From the NCBI GenBank assembly GCA_041667185.1, contig JBAYFM010000004.1, positions 9,097-73,096 of the forward strand: a DNA stretch of 64,000 nt, given 5' to 3'. A program made the position numbers and the translations under genes. A model generated the notes under the pieces. It was not told the origin of the DNA. It searched no databases and worked only from the letters and a program-made list of their open reading frames with translations. Source of the DNA: Patescibacteria group bacterium (GTDB lineage Bacteria; Patescibacteriota; Patescibacteriia; SG8-24). Shown piece after piece: positions 45,039 to 54,929 of the stretch; positions within the stretch are counted from its first letter, which is position 1, and each line of letters begins with the position of its first letter.

Positions 45039-45302
45039 TTAGTGTCGTCCCTGTTTGCGAGCCGGCCGGAAATCTTCTTCAGTCGCCTGTCCGGTCTTGA
45101 TCAAGAAATCACGGCGCGCGCGTAAAAACTCGCGGCGCAGAGCTGCGTCACGGACGGCGGTTTTGCTCTTATCGCGAGAGTGGAACCTGATCTTCCGGGC
45201 CTGCAGCAGTCGGCCACTAGCCTGGACCTTCTTGCTGAAGCGACGGAGCAAGCTCTCAAAGCTCTCCCCTTTCTTGCGTTTCACTTCTGCCACAATGCTC
45301 AC
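45039..45302 (-). CDS. rpsU: 30S ribosomal protein S21
   Basis: Small, basic, ESFESLLRRFSKKVQASGRL...KIRFHSRDKSK pattern. Confidence 0.75.
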   Translation of the reverse strand: MSIVAEVKRKKGESFESLLRRFSKKVQASGRLLQARKIRFHSRDKSKTAVRDAALRREFLRARRDFLIKTGQATEEDFRPARKQGRH

Positions 45303-45410
45303 CTTCCTTTCTTCTTGAGGTTATTTTAAGGGTGTAATCCCTTAAAATCATATTACACTCGCCGGTTCTCACCGTCAAATGTCGTAAATTTGGCCAACCT
45401 GAGCCAGAAA

Positions 45411-46805
45411 CTAGCGGATCACGATCTTCTTCTTCATCTCCGCGGCAGCCTTATTATAGTCCACGATCTCCTGCATGCCGGATTCCATGTCCCGGATCAG
45501 GATCGTACCGTCCAGAACCTCTTTCTGGCCGATGATCACCGTGTACTTGGCGCCGAGGCGGTTGGCAGTCTCAAGCTGGGTCTTCAAAGCGCTCTTCGAG
45601 AAGGTCGCGGCCACGCGGATGCCGGCGCTGCGCAGATCCTCGAACAAGGTGAAAGCCTTGCGGCGCGCGGTATCGCCCAGCTGAGCCAGGAAGATATCCG
45701 GTTTGAAGTCGTCGGTCGGCTCCACGTTCAAGGTCTTCATCTGCAGAATGGCGCGCTCCAGCCCGATACCGAAGCCACACGCCGGAGTCGGCCGGCCGCC
45801 GAGCTGTTCGACCAGACCGTCATAGCGCCCTCCCCCGCCGAGCGCGCTGGTTCCCTCGCTCGGGTTCTCTTCCGCCGGCATCACTTCGAAGACGGTGCGG
45901 GTGTAATAATCGAGGCCGCGGACCAGATGCGGGTCGAGCGTGTAAGGGACCGACAGTTCATCCAGATATTCGAGCACGCGCATCAGGTGGTTTTTGCACT
46001 CCTCGTCGAGGAAGTCGACGATGTGCGGGGCGCTCTCGCGAAGAGCGGCGCAACCGGCCTCCTTGCAGTCGAGCAGCCGCAGCGGGTTCTTCAGCAGCCG
46101 CCGCTTGCAATCCTCGCAGATCTGGGAGCGCTTGCTGCGGTAGTAGGCGGTCAGTTCGGTCAGGTAGCTCGGACGGCAAAGATGGCAGCCGAGGCTGTTG
46201 ATGTGGATGACCGTCTTGACGCCGATGTCCTTGTAGAAAAGATGCGCGGCCAGGATGACCTCGGCGTCGAGCACCGGGTTGGCGTCGCCGAAAGCCTCGA
46301 AGCCGAACTGGTGGTGCTGGCGGAGACGGCCATGCTGCGGACGCTCGTAACGGAACATCGGGCCGACGTAATAAAGTTTGACCGGCTGCGGCAGTGTGAA
46401 CATGCCGTGGTTGATGTAGGCGCGGGCGAGCGACGCGGTGCCTTCGGGGCGCAGCGAAACGTTCTCGCCGCCGCGGTCGACGAAGGAAAATAATTCCTTC
46501 TCGACGACATCGCTCTGCTTGCCGACGGACCGCATGAACAGAGAGGTCTCCTCCAGGATCGGCGTGTCGACGCGTTCATAGCCGTAGGCGCGCGCCAGCA
46601 GATCGATCTTGCGGTTGATGAAACGCCAATACCGCTGCTCCGAAGGCAGCGTGTCGCGCATGCCGCGCAAGGTCTGGGGCGTGGCGACGTTCCGGACAGC
46701 CGGCTTCGGAGCCGCCGCGGCCTGAACCGGAGCTTTCGGCGCCTTAGGCTTGGCCGGAATCTTCTTGGCGGCGACCGGACGCGGTTTATTCTTTAATGAT
46801 GGCAT
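45411..46805 (-). CDS. hisS: Histidyl-tRNA synthetase with ~45-aa Lys/Ala/Pro-rich N-terminal extension
   Basis: Class II motifs: LRGMRD, RPEGTASLARAY, YYVGPMFRYERPQHGRLRQHHQFGFEAFG, and GGGRYDGL motif 3. Confidence 0.9.
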   Translation of the reverse strand: MPSLKNKPRPVAAKKIPAKPKAPKAPVQAAAAPKPAVRNVATPQTLRGMRDTLPSEQRYWRFINRKIDLLARAYGYERVDTPILEETSLFMRSVGKQSDVVEKELFSFVDRGGENVSLRPEGTASLARAYINHGMFTLPQPVKLYYVGPMFRYERPQHGRLRQHHQFGFEAFGDANPVLDAEVILAAHLFYKDIGVKTVIHINSLGCHLCRPSYLTELTAYYRSKRSQICEDCKRRLLKNPLRLLDCKEAGCAALRESAPHIVDFLDEECKNHLMRVLEYLDELSVPYTLDPHLVRGLDYYTRTVFEVMPAEENPSEGTSALGGGGRYDGLVEQLGGRPTPACGFGIGLERAILQMKTLNVEPTDDFKPDIFLAQLGDTARRKAFTLFEDLRSAGIRVAATFSKSALKTQLETANRLGAKYTVIIGQKEVLDGTILIRDMESGMQEIVDYNKAAAEMKKKIVIR

Positions 46806-46834
46806 AAGGTATCAGGTGAAAATCTTTTTATCGG

Positions 46835-47512
46835 TCAGGGCTGCCGGACCAGCGGCTCGCTTTCGAAAAGCCGCATCTTTTCCGGCGGCCAGCCGCGGAA
46901 CCAGACGCGGCCGACGACGAACGGTCGCGACACCGGTCCGAACACGCGAGAATCCAGGCTAGCGGAACGATTATCGCCCATCAGGAAAAATTCGCCGGCT
47001 CCAAGCGTGACATCCTTCTCCCCCGGCGTGCGCAGCGCGCCGAGGTAGGCGCTTTCATCAAGCAGCCAACCGTCAGGATGCGCGGCGTCGTAAATGGTCA
47101 CCTGACCGCCCGAGACTACGACCCGGTCGCCCGGCAGTCCGATGACGCGTTTGATGAAGAATTGCCGCGGATCATTGGGATAACGGAACACCACGATGTC
47201 GCCGCGCACCGGTTCATGAAGCCGATAACTCAGCTCGTCGATGATCAGATATTCATGATCGTAGAAATTCGGTTCCATCGACGCGCCCTTCACGTAGAAC
47301 GGCTGGATCAGGAAATAGCGGACCGGAACGATGATGGCCAGCGAGATGATGACCACATGCAGAAGTTCGCCGAAAAATTCCAGGGTCCGCGACACCAGGC
47401 TTTTGACGATCGGCGCCGACTGATCGGCCGGAGTCGGCCCGGACGGCAGCTGCTCCTTGGCAGTCTGATTTTCCTTGTTGATCTCGTCCATAGTCGTATT
47501 GCGAACGCGCAC
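46835..47512 (-). CDS. lepB: Signal peptidase I
   Basis: GASMEPNF (catalytic Ser box) and KRVIGLPGDRV (Lys box). Confidence 0.85.
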   Translation of the reverse strand: MRVRNTTMDEINKENQTAKEQLPSGPTPADQSAPIVKSLVSRTLEFFGELLHVVIISLAIIVPVRYFLIQPFYVKGASMEPNFYDHEYLIIDELSYRLHEPVRGDIVVFRYPNDPRQFFIKRVIGLPGDRVVVSGGQVTIYDAAHPDGWLLDESAYLGALRTPGEKDVTLGAGEFFLMGDNRSASLDSRVFGPVSRPFVVGRVWFRGWPPEKMRLFESEPLVRQP

Positions 47513-47629
47513 TGATCATTCCAATATACTCTGACGGACGTCCTCCTGCGGCTGCGGGAGGACTTTTCGGACCACAGATTCGCCGAACCTTGCTGGGGCA
47601 ATTTGCCCTTCCGAAGCTTTGGCGAAGGA

Positions 47630-47706
47630 TGGTGGGCGCAGGTGGGATCGAACCACCGACCTCTGTCGTGTGAGGACAGCGCTCTAACCAGCTGAGCCAT
47701 GCGCCC
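47630..47706 (-). tRNA. tRNA-Val (anticodon CAC)
   Basis: Reverse strand reads GGGCGCATGGCTCAGCTGGTTAGAGCGCTGTCCTCACACGACAGAGGTCGGTGGTTCGATCCCACCTGCGCCCACCA with cloverleaf pairing and encoded CCA. Confidence 0.85.
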
Positions 47707-47962
47707 ATGATTGCCCGCCAGAGAATATTGAAATACCAGATCTCTCGCTTGACGGCCCAATACTAAGATAACCGCCTCGCGGACTTATTTTAAGCAAAAG
47801 CAGTGTAACACGGGATTTATCATTTGCCAATGCCGGGAAGTAAGCTAAAACGGGGGTTGAAACCTTGCCAAAACGACCGATTTAGCAGAATATATGATAA
47901 TGATACCCTGCCTGATCGTCAGGCTGTGACTTGAACCGCTGACGACCACCTGACCTAAAAAC

Positions 47963-49399
47963 ATGAGGACCCTAAAGATCAACTTCCTGGAGAATCACGG
48001 AACCAGTCATGACCGCGGCGGCGCCAACCGCCCGGTCAGGTCTTTGTTATCGCTCGCGATCTTCGCGGGCTTGTTCGCTTTTTCCTTCGGCATCGGCCGG
48101 CTCTCGCTGTCCGAATCGGCTTCGGCGGCGCTCGCGACCATCGGCAATCTGCCCATCATTTCGCAGATGCAGCTGATCGTCAGCTCTGACAGGAAGATGT
48201 CCGGCGAAGCCGCCGACCGGATCAACATCCTGCTGCTCGGCATGGGCGGCGAAGGCCACGACGGCCCGCTGCTCACGGACACCAATGTACTCCTGAGCCT
48301 CAAGCCGTCTACGGGACAGGTGGCTCTCATGTCCATACCGCGCGACCTGCTCGTGCCGCTGCCGAAGTACGGCTGGCGCAAGATCAATGCCGCCAACGCT
48401 TTCGGCGAACTCGAAGCCGCCGGCCGCGGCGCGGACTTATCGCGCACGGCGCTGGAAGGATTGTTCGGCATGGATATCCCCTACTACGTCCGGATCGACT
48501 TCAACGGCTTCAAGGAGATCGTCGACGATCTTGGCGGCATCGACGTCTACATCGACAAGTCGTTCGCGGATCACAATTATCCGACGGCCGACCATGGCGT
48601 GCAGACGATCTCTTTCACCGCCGGTTGGCAGAACCTGAGCGGCGAAGAGGCTTTGAAATACACCCGCTCGCGGCACGGCAACAATGGCGAAGGTTCGGAC
48701 TTCGCCCGCGCCAAACGCCAGCAAAAAGTACTGGCCGCCATCAAAGAGAAAGCCATGACCTTCCAGGTGATCAAGAATCCGGCGATGGTCAGCAATCTTC
48801 TGGCCAGCCTGCAATCGAACATCGCCACCAATCTCCAGGTCGGAGAGATCCTGCGCTTGGCCAAATTCGGCCGCTCCGTCGATCCCGCGACGATCGTCCA
48901 CAAAGTCATCGATGATCGTCCGGGTTCGCCGCTCGTCGCCAGCCAGTACGGCGGCGCCTACGTGCTCGTACCCAGGAACGACGATTGGACCGGCCTGCGC
49001 GAGCTGGCGGCCGACATCTTCTCTTCCGAGACCGACCTGAAGATCGAGAATCAGCCGGCCCGGACCGCGGCTGCGGCTGACGCGCCGAATGAGGCCAAAC
49101 CGCGCATCGAGATCCTGAACGGTTCCGGCGAGACCGGACTTGCGCGCGACGTGGCCGGAAAACTGACGGCCCTGGGCTTCACCGTGGTCCGGATCGGCAA
49201 TGCCGACACCTTCGCTTTCGAGAAGACGCTGGTTTACGACCTGACCGACGGAAAAATGAAAAGTTCGATCACTAATCTCAAAGAAGCGCTGAACAACACG
49301 CGGATCGACACCAAGCCCTCGCAGCGCCTGATCCCTGCCGATCGGACCGGCATCGATATTGTCGTCATCCTGGGCAAAACTGACCCTAAGGAAAGTTGA
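47963..49399 (+). CDS. LytR-CpsA-Psr (LCP) family cell-wall glycopolymer transferase with C-terminal LytR_C-like domain
   Basis: N-terminal TM. LCP core INILLLGMGGEG...TDTNVLLSLKP...ALMSIPRDL. C-terminal RIEILNGSGETGLAR... Confidence 0.85.
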   Translation: MRTLKINFLENHGTSHDRGGANRPVRSLLSLAIFAGLFAFSFGIGRLSLSESASAALATIGNLPIISQMQLIVSSDRKMSGEAADRINILLLGMGGEGHDGPLLTDTNVLLSLKPSTGQVALMSIPRDLLVPLPKYGWRKINAANAFGELEAAGRGADLSRTALEGLFGMDIPYYVRIDFNGFKEIVDDLGGIDVYIDKSFADHNYPTADHGVQTISFTAGWQNLSGEEALKYTRSRHGNNGEGSDFARAKRQQKVLAAIKEKAMTFQVIKNPAMVSNLLASLQSNIATNLQVGEILRLAKFGRSVDPATIVHKVIDDRPGSPLVASQYGGAYVLVPRNDDWTGLRELAADIFSSETDLKIENQPARTAAAADAPNEAKPRIEILNGSGETGLARDVAGKLTALGFTVVRIGNADTFAFEKTLVYDLTDGKMKSSITNLKEALNNTRIDTKPSQRLIPADRTGIDIVVILGKTDPKES

Positions 49400-49447
49400 T
49401 ACGAGGCGTTGCGCCTTAACCCCAAGCTTATGGACACCAGACTGAAG

Positions 49448-50794
49448 ATGACGCCCGTCGTAGCTATCGTCGGCCGCCCGAACGTCGGCAAATCGACGCT
49501 GTTCAACAAACTCCTCGAGCGGCGGAAAGCCCTGACCTCGCCCGAGGCCGGCACGACGCGCGACCTGAACTACGGCCATTTCCACTGGCGCACTTTGACG
49601 ATGACCGCCATCGACACCGCCGGCCTCGACCTCACGGACAAAACGTCCACTGAGGAAGGCCTCAAGCGCCAGGCGCGCGCCGCCATGACCAAGGCCGACA
49701 TCATCATTTTCGTCACCGACGTCACCGACGGCATGCTGCCCCAGGATAAGGCCCTGGCGAAAGAACTGCAGAAGACCAAAAAGACCGTGCTGCTCGCCGC
49801 GAACAAAGCCGACAATCCGAGAAAACGCAGCCTGGGCGAGTCGCCGGACTGGCTCAAGCTCGGTTACGGCGCGCCGACGCCGATCTCGGCCGCGAGCGGA
49901 TCGGGCATCGGCGATCTGCTCGACCTCGTCGTTGACGACCTCAAGGCCCGCGGACTCGAATCGAAGCCGCTGCCGCCGATCGACGCGCGGGTGGCGATCA
50001 TCGGCCGCCCTAACGTCGGCAAATCCACGCTCCTGAACACGCTCGCCGGCGAAGAGCGGGTGCTCGTGAGCGAAGTCCCGCACACCACGAAAGAACCGCA
50101 GGACACGCTGCTCATCTATGAGGACGAGGAACTCGGCCAGCAGAACATCCTGCTCGTCGACACGGTCGGCATCCGCAAGCGCGGCAATGTCGGTCCGGGC
50201 ATGGAAAAAATCGGCGTCAGCCTGAGCATCGACGAACTGGAAGCCGCTGATGTCGCTCTGCTCGTGATCGACGCGACCCAAGGAGCCAGCCTGCAGGAAA
50301 AGAAACTGGCCGGCGTCATCGAGGAGAAGACTCCAGCCATGGTCGTCCTGGTCAACAAGTGGGATCTGGCCGAGAAGCGCAAACTCGGCGATGCCGACGA
50401 CTACCGCAAATACCTGCAGCGCGAACTCCCCTTCATCGCCTGGGCCCCGATCCTCTTCACTTCGGCCCTGACCGGCAGCAAGACCAGCCGCATCCTGCAC
50501 GCCGCTCTCCAAGCCTCGATCGAACGCAGCCGCGAGATCGACACGCCGGCGCTCGACGCTTTCGCCGCCCGGCTGAAAAAAGTGCACCACTCCACTTTCG
50601 CCCGCGGCGCCAGCCTCCCCAAGGTCTACGGCCTGACCCAGGTCAGCACCCGCCCGCCGACCTTCATGCTCGTGGTCAAAGACAAGGAGACCCTGCATCC
50701 GAACTTCGTGCGCTTCGTCGAGAAACTCCTGCGCCAGGAGTTCGGTTTCGCCGGCACGCCGATCCGGGTGCTGGCCCGCCAGATCAGCAAATAA
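49448..50794 (+). CDS. der: GTPase Der (EngA), two tandem GTPase domains plus KH-like C-terminus; start uncertain (49409/49430/49448)
   Basis: VAIVGRPNVGKSTLFN and VAIIGRPNVGKSTLLN P-loops; DTAG/DTVG switch motifs; NKAD/NKWD. Confidence 0.9.
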   Translation: MTPVVAIVGRPNVGKSTLFNKLLERRKALTSPEAGTTRDLNYGHFHWRTLTMTAIDTAGLDLTDKTSTEEGLKRQARAAMTKADIIIFVTDVTDGMLPQDKALAKELQKTKKTVLLAANKADNPRKRSLGESPDWLKLGYGAPTPISAASGSGIGDLLDLVVDDLKARGLESKPLPPIDARVAIIGRPNVGKSTLLNTLAGEERVLVSEVPHTTKEPQDTLLIYEDEELGQQNILLVDTVGIRKRGNVGPGMEKIGVSLSIDELEAADVALLVIDATQGASLQEKKLAGVIEEKTPAMVVLVNKWDLAEKRKLGDADDYRKYLQRELPFIAWAPILFTSALTGSKTSRILHAALQASIERSREIDTPALDAFAARLKKVHHSTFARGASLPKVYGLTQVSTRPPTFMLVVKDKETLHPNFVRFVEKLLRQEFGFAGTPIRVLARQISK

Positions 50795-50809
50795 GATCCG
50801 CATCCGACT

Positions 50810-51382
50810 ATGGCCAAACTCATCGTCGGCCTGGGCAATCCCGGCGAAAAATACGACCGCACCCGGCATAACGCCGGCTTCCGCGCGGTCCGCGCTTTTC
50901 ATACCCTGCACGCGCTCGACCTCGGCAACTGGTCGTCGAAATTCGGCGGCCTGGTCGCTGAAGGACGCGTGGGCGGCGAGAAAGTCGTCCTGCTCCTGCC
51001 GCAGACCTTCATGAACGAATCGGGGCGGGCGGTCCGGGAAGCGTTCGATTTCTGGCATCTCAAGACCGAGGATCTGATCATCGTTTACGACGACCTGGAC
51101 CTGCCGCTCGGCGCGCTGCGCCTGCGCGAAGAAGGTTCGGCCGGCGGACACAAAGGCGTCGCTTCGATCATCGAGCATCTGAAAGACCCGCGGCTCGCCC
51201 GGGTGCGCATCGGCATCGGCACCGAACGCTCGCAGACCGTGCCGGCGGCGGATTACGTGCTGGAAAAATTCTCCGGAGCCGAGGAGCCGGCGATAGCCGA
51301 GGCGATATCGCGCGCCGCGGCGGCTCTCGACCGGATCATCGAACGTGGCATCGTTCCGGCCATGAACGAATTCAACGGCTGA
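50810..51382 (+). CDS. pth: Peptidyl-tRNA hydrolase
   Basis: MAKLIVGLGNPGEKYDRTRHNAGF. Confidence 0.9.
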   Translation: MAKLIVGLGNPGEKYDRTRHNAGFRAVRAFHTLHALDLGNWSSKFGGLVAEGRVGGEKVVLLLPQTFMNESGRAVREAFDFWHLKTEDLIIVYDDLDLPLGALRLREEGSAGGHKGVASIIEHLKDPRLARVRIGIGTERSQTVPAADYVLEKFSGAEEPAIAEAISRAAAALDRIIERGIVPAMNEFNG

Positions 51383-52557
51383 TGCGGAGACGCGGCCGGG
51401 ATCGCCTAACGGAGGCGGTCCTTTTCGATTTGACAGCTTTTCAGACTCCGGCTATCGTGCCGCCCGCTATGGACCGAGCAGCCGCGGGATTCATCGCCGC
51501 CGCCATCAGGACCGGATCGCTGAAGCCGCCGGAGCTGTTGACGCTGCTTGTCGGGCTCGACAGCCCCGAAGCACTCTGGTCGGCGGCGCCGGAGCGGATG
51601 ATTGGACTCGGGATCGCCCCGGCGGCTGCGCTGGCCTTCGCGCGATCGCGGCCAGCGGCTGATCCAAAAAAGGAAGCGGATGAACTCGCCCGACACGATG
51701 TCGCAGCGGTCGCTTTCAATGAATCCGAATATCCGTCGCAGCTCCGACAGATCTTCGACCCGCCAGCTATTCTTTTTTACCGCGGCCGGCTGGCGGCTCT
51801 CCGCGGTCACCTGCCTGTGGCTGTGGTCGGCACCCGGGGCATGACCGAATACGGAGCCCGAGCGGCGCGGCTGTTCACTCGCCAACTCGCGACCGCCGGC
51901 TGCACCATCGTGAGCGGCCTGGCGCTCGGCGTCGACGCGGCCGCACACGAAGCCTGCCTGGAGGCCAACGGCATTACCGTGGCCGTGCTGGCTTCCGGAA
52001 CGGATCGTCCCAGCGTCGGTCCGCGGACCAATGCCGGACTGGCCGAAAGGATCGTCAAAGCCGACGGCGTCGTGGTCTCCGAATATCCGCCCGGCACGAT
52101 CTCCTGGAAAGATAATTTCCTCAAACGCAACCGAATCATCGCCGGACTCAGCCGCGGCGTCGTAGTCATTGAGGCGGCGGAGCGGTCCGGAGCGCTCGTC
52201 ACCGCCCGCCTGGCGCTGGAACAAGGACGCGACGTCTTCGCCGTTCCCGGACCGATCTTCAGCCCTAAGTCCTTAGGCTGCAACCGCCTGATCCAAACCG
52301 GCGCCTCGCCATTGATTACGATCGAGGATATTTTCCAAGTCTACGACTTAAAGATAAGTACTCCTGCGGTCGCCAAGCAAACCATCATCGACCCGGCACA
52401 AAAGGCGATCTTCACATCCCTGGCGGCGGGGTCGGCCACCACCGACGAACTGGCCGTCAAAACCGGCCTGACGCCACCGGAAGTCCTGGCCGCTGTCTCC
52501 GCCCTGGAGCTAGCCGGACTGGTCGCGACGCATTATAATAAGGTAGTTCGCAATTGA
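51382..52557 (+). CDS. dprA: DNA processing protein DprA (Smf)
   Basis: Rossmann-like core VAVVGTRGMTEYGARAARLFTRQLA...GCTIVSGLALGVDAAAHEA...GALVTARLALEQGRDVFAVPGPI. Start overlaps the pth stop (ATGA). Confidence 0.85.
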   Translation: MRRRGRDRLTEAVLFDLTAFQTPAIVPPAMDRAAAGFIAAAIRTGSLKPPELLTLLVGLDSPEALWSAAPERMIGLGIAPAAALAFARSRPAADPKKEADELARHDVAAVAFNESEYPSQLRQIFDPPAILFYRGRLAALRGHLPVAVVGTRGMTEYGARAARLFTRQLATAGCTIVSGLALGVDAAAHEACLEANGITVAVLASGTDRPSVGPRTNAGLAERIVKADGVVVSEYPPGTISWKDNFLKRNRIIAGLSRGVVVIEAAERSGALVTARLALEQGRDVFAVPGPIFSPKSLGCNRLIQTGASPLITIEDIFQVYDLKISTPAVAKQTIIDPAQKAIFTSLAAGSATTDELAVKTGLTPPEVLAAVSALELAGLVATHYNKVVRN

Positions 52558-52635
52558 CAGGTCGGCACCAGGACGGCTACCCTGTCAAAATACTGCGCCG
52601 CTTCGCGGCCGCGGCTGAATCATCATGACTCTTTT

Positions 52636-54870
52636 ATGGGAACCAAACTCGTCATCGTCGAGTCGCCGACCAAAGCCAAGACCATCGCCAAATTCCTGGG
52701 CAAAGGCTTTAAAGTCCTGTCCTCTTTCGGCCACATCCGCGACCTGCCGAAAAAAGAGATCGGCGTCGACACCGAGAACGGCTTCAAGCCGCGCTACGTC
52801 ATCCCGACCAAATCGCGGAAGACCGTCAACGAACTGAAGAAAGCCGCGAGCACGGCCGACGAGGTCTTCTTCGCTTCCGACGAAGACCGCGAAGGAGAAG
52901 CGATCGCCTGGCATCTTCAGGAAACGCTCAAAGTCGATCCGAAAAAGACGCGGCGCATCAGCTTCCACGAGATCACCGAAGAAGCCCTGACCAAGGCTAT
53001 GGCCGAGCCGCGGGAGATCGACATGAAGATGGTCGACGCCCAGCAGGCCCGCCGCATCCTCGACCGCCTCGTCGGTTATGAGCTCTCCCCTTTCCTCTGG
53101 AAGAAGGTCGCCCGCGGCCTCTCGGCCGGACGCGTCCAATCCGTGGTCGTGCGTCTGCTCGTCGAACGGGAGCGCGAGATCCTGGCTTTCAAGCCGCAGG
53201 AATACTGGTCGATCGAAGCCTTGCTCGGGAAGAAAGACGCCGCGGCCGAAGACGGTTTCACGGCCAAATTGCTGCGCCGCGACGGGGAAACGATCGACAA
53301 GATGGCCCTGACCGACGCCGCGGGCGCGCAGCAGATCGTCGACGCCGTGACCGGCGCCGCCTGGAAGATCGCTTCGGTCGAGCGCAAGACAACCTTCCGC
53401 AGCCCGCCGCCGCCTTACACCACCTCGACCTTGCAGCAGGACGCCAACACCAAGCTCGGCTTCTCGGCCAAACAAACGATGATGCTCGCCCAGCAGCTCT
53501 ACGAAGGCGTGGAACTCGGCGCCGAGGGTCCGACCGGTCTCATCACCTACATGCGCACCGACTCGGTCAACCTGGCCGATAAATTCATCGAGGAGGCCCG
53601 GTCGTTCATCGGCCGGACGCTCGGAGCCGACCTGGTGCCGGAAACGCCCCGGAAATACAAAGCCAAGTCCAAACTCGCCCAGGAAGCGCACGAAGCCATC
53701 CGCCCGACCGACGCCGGACGCCGGCCGGAGGACCTGGACGGCAAGCTTGACGACCGCCAACTGAAACTCTACGAACTGATCTGGCGGCGCGCCGTAGCCT
53801 CGCAGATGACCGACGCCGAACTCGCCATAGTGGCGGTGGACATCGACGTCGCCGGTCCGGCGGTCTACACTTTCCGCTCGAACGGCACGACGGTCACGAA
53901 GAAAAGCTTCATGATGCTCTACGACTCCGAGGTCAAAGAAGCGCGGCTGCCCGAACTAACCGAAGGTGAAACGCTCGTACCGCGCGAGATCACGCCGAAG
54001 CAGCATTTCACCGAACCGCCGCCTTTCTACTCCGAGGCCGCCCTGGTCAAGACTCTCGAAGAGAACGGCATCGGCCGCCCTTCGACATACGCTCCGACCA
54101 TCTCGACGGTCATCGACCGCGGCTACGTCCAAAAAGACGGCAAGCGCCTACGCCCGACCGAACTGGCACTGCTCGTGAATGACCTGCTCGTGAAACATTT
54201 CCCGGACATCGTCGACTACAAATTCACGGCGAAAATGGAAGACAACCTCGACGAGATCGCCGAGGGCGGCAAGGACTGGGCGCCGATCATCGCCGACTTC
54301 TACGGTCCGTTCAAAGCCAACCTGAAGGTCAAAGAGACCGAGATCTCCAAGAAAGATGTCGCTGAACAGACGACCGACGAGAAATGCGAGAAATGCGGTA
54401 AACCGATGATCATCAAGTACGGCCGCTTCGGCCGCTTCCTGGCCTGCACCGGCTTCCCGGCCTGCCGCAACTCTAAACCGCTTCCCGGCACTGAACCGGG
54501 CTCGACCGAGAAACGGACCATCGACGAGAAATGCCCGAATTGCGGGCTGGAGATGGTCTTCCGCCGCGGCCGCTTCGGCGAATTCATCAGCTGTTCCAAC
54601 TATCCGACCTGCAAGACGACCAAGACCATCCTGAAGAAGATCGGGGTGACCTGCCCGGGCTGCGGCCAGGGCGACATGGTCGAAAAGAAGACCCGGACCG
54701 GCAAGACCTTCTACGCCTGCTCGCGCTATCCAGAGTGCAAACACGCCATGTGGTCGCGGCCGACCGGCGAGGCGTGTCCGAAATGCAAGGCCCTGCTGGT
54801 CTTCGCCAAAGCCGATGTCATCCGCTGCTCGAACAAGGAATGCGATTTTGAAAAGAAAGCCGAAAAATAG
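52636..54870 (+). CDS. topA: DNA topoisomerase I with C-terminal Zn-ribbon repeats
   Basis: TOPRIM N-terminus LVIVESPTKAKTI...FGHIRDL. Active-site Tyr region ITYMRTDS. Three C-terminal C4 zinc ribbons (CEKCGKP...C..C). Confidence 0.95.
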   Translation: MGTKLVIVESPTKAKTIAKFLGKGFKVLSSFGHIRDLPKKEIGVDTENGFKPRYVIPTKSRKTVNELKKAASTADEVFFASDEDREGEAIAWHLQETLKVDPKKTRRISFHEITEEALTKAMAEPREIDMKMVDAQQARRILDRLVGYELSPFLWKKVARGLSAGRVQSVVVRLLVEREREILAFKPQEYWSIEALLGKKDAAAEDGFTAKLLRRDGETIDKMALTDAAGAQQIVDAVTGAAWKIASVERKTTFRSPPPPYTTSTLQQDANTKLGFSAKQTMMLAQQLYEGVELGAEGPTGLITYMRTDSVNLADKFIEEARSFIGRTLGADLVPETPRKYKAKSKLAQEAHEAIRPTDAGRRPEDLDGKLDDRQLKLYELIWRRAVASQMTDAELAIVAVDIDVAGPAVYTFRSNGTTVTKKSFMMLYDSEVKEARLPELTEGETLVPREITPKQHFTEPPPFYSEAALVKTLEENGIGRPSTYAPTISTVIDRGYVQKDGKRLRPTELALLVNDLLVKHFPDIVDYKFTAKMEDNLDEIAEGGKDWAPIIADFYGPFKANLKVKETEISKKDVAEQTTDEKCEKCGKPMIIKYGRFGRFLACTGFPACRNSKPLPGTEPGSTEKRTIDEKCPNCGLEMVFRRGRFGEFISCSNYPTCKTTKTILKKIGVTCPGCGQGDMVEKKTRTGKTFYACSRYPECKHAMWSRPTGEACPKCKALLVFAKADVIRCSNKECDFEKKAEK

Positions 54871-54929
54871 CCTGCTGACGCCCGGACGCGACGCTCGCGC
54901 CCGCGACGCCGCCGGCCCGAGGCGGCCCT

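Noticed and set aside
44541-45318. Plus-strand ORFs 44541-45125 and 45055-45318
   Set aside because: Antisense to the GatB/YqeY and rpsU genes.
47253-47760. Two overlapping ~150-aa minus-strand ORFs
   Set aside because: They run through tRNA-Val(CAC) at 47630-47706 and the lepB upstream region. Spurious.
48437-51178. 913-aa ORF on the minus strand
   Set aside because: Runs antisense through the well-supported LCP, der and pth genes. Arg/Ala/Gly-rich composition is typical of out-of-frame high-GC DNA. No motifs.
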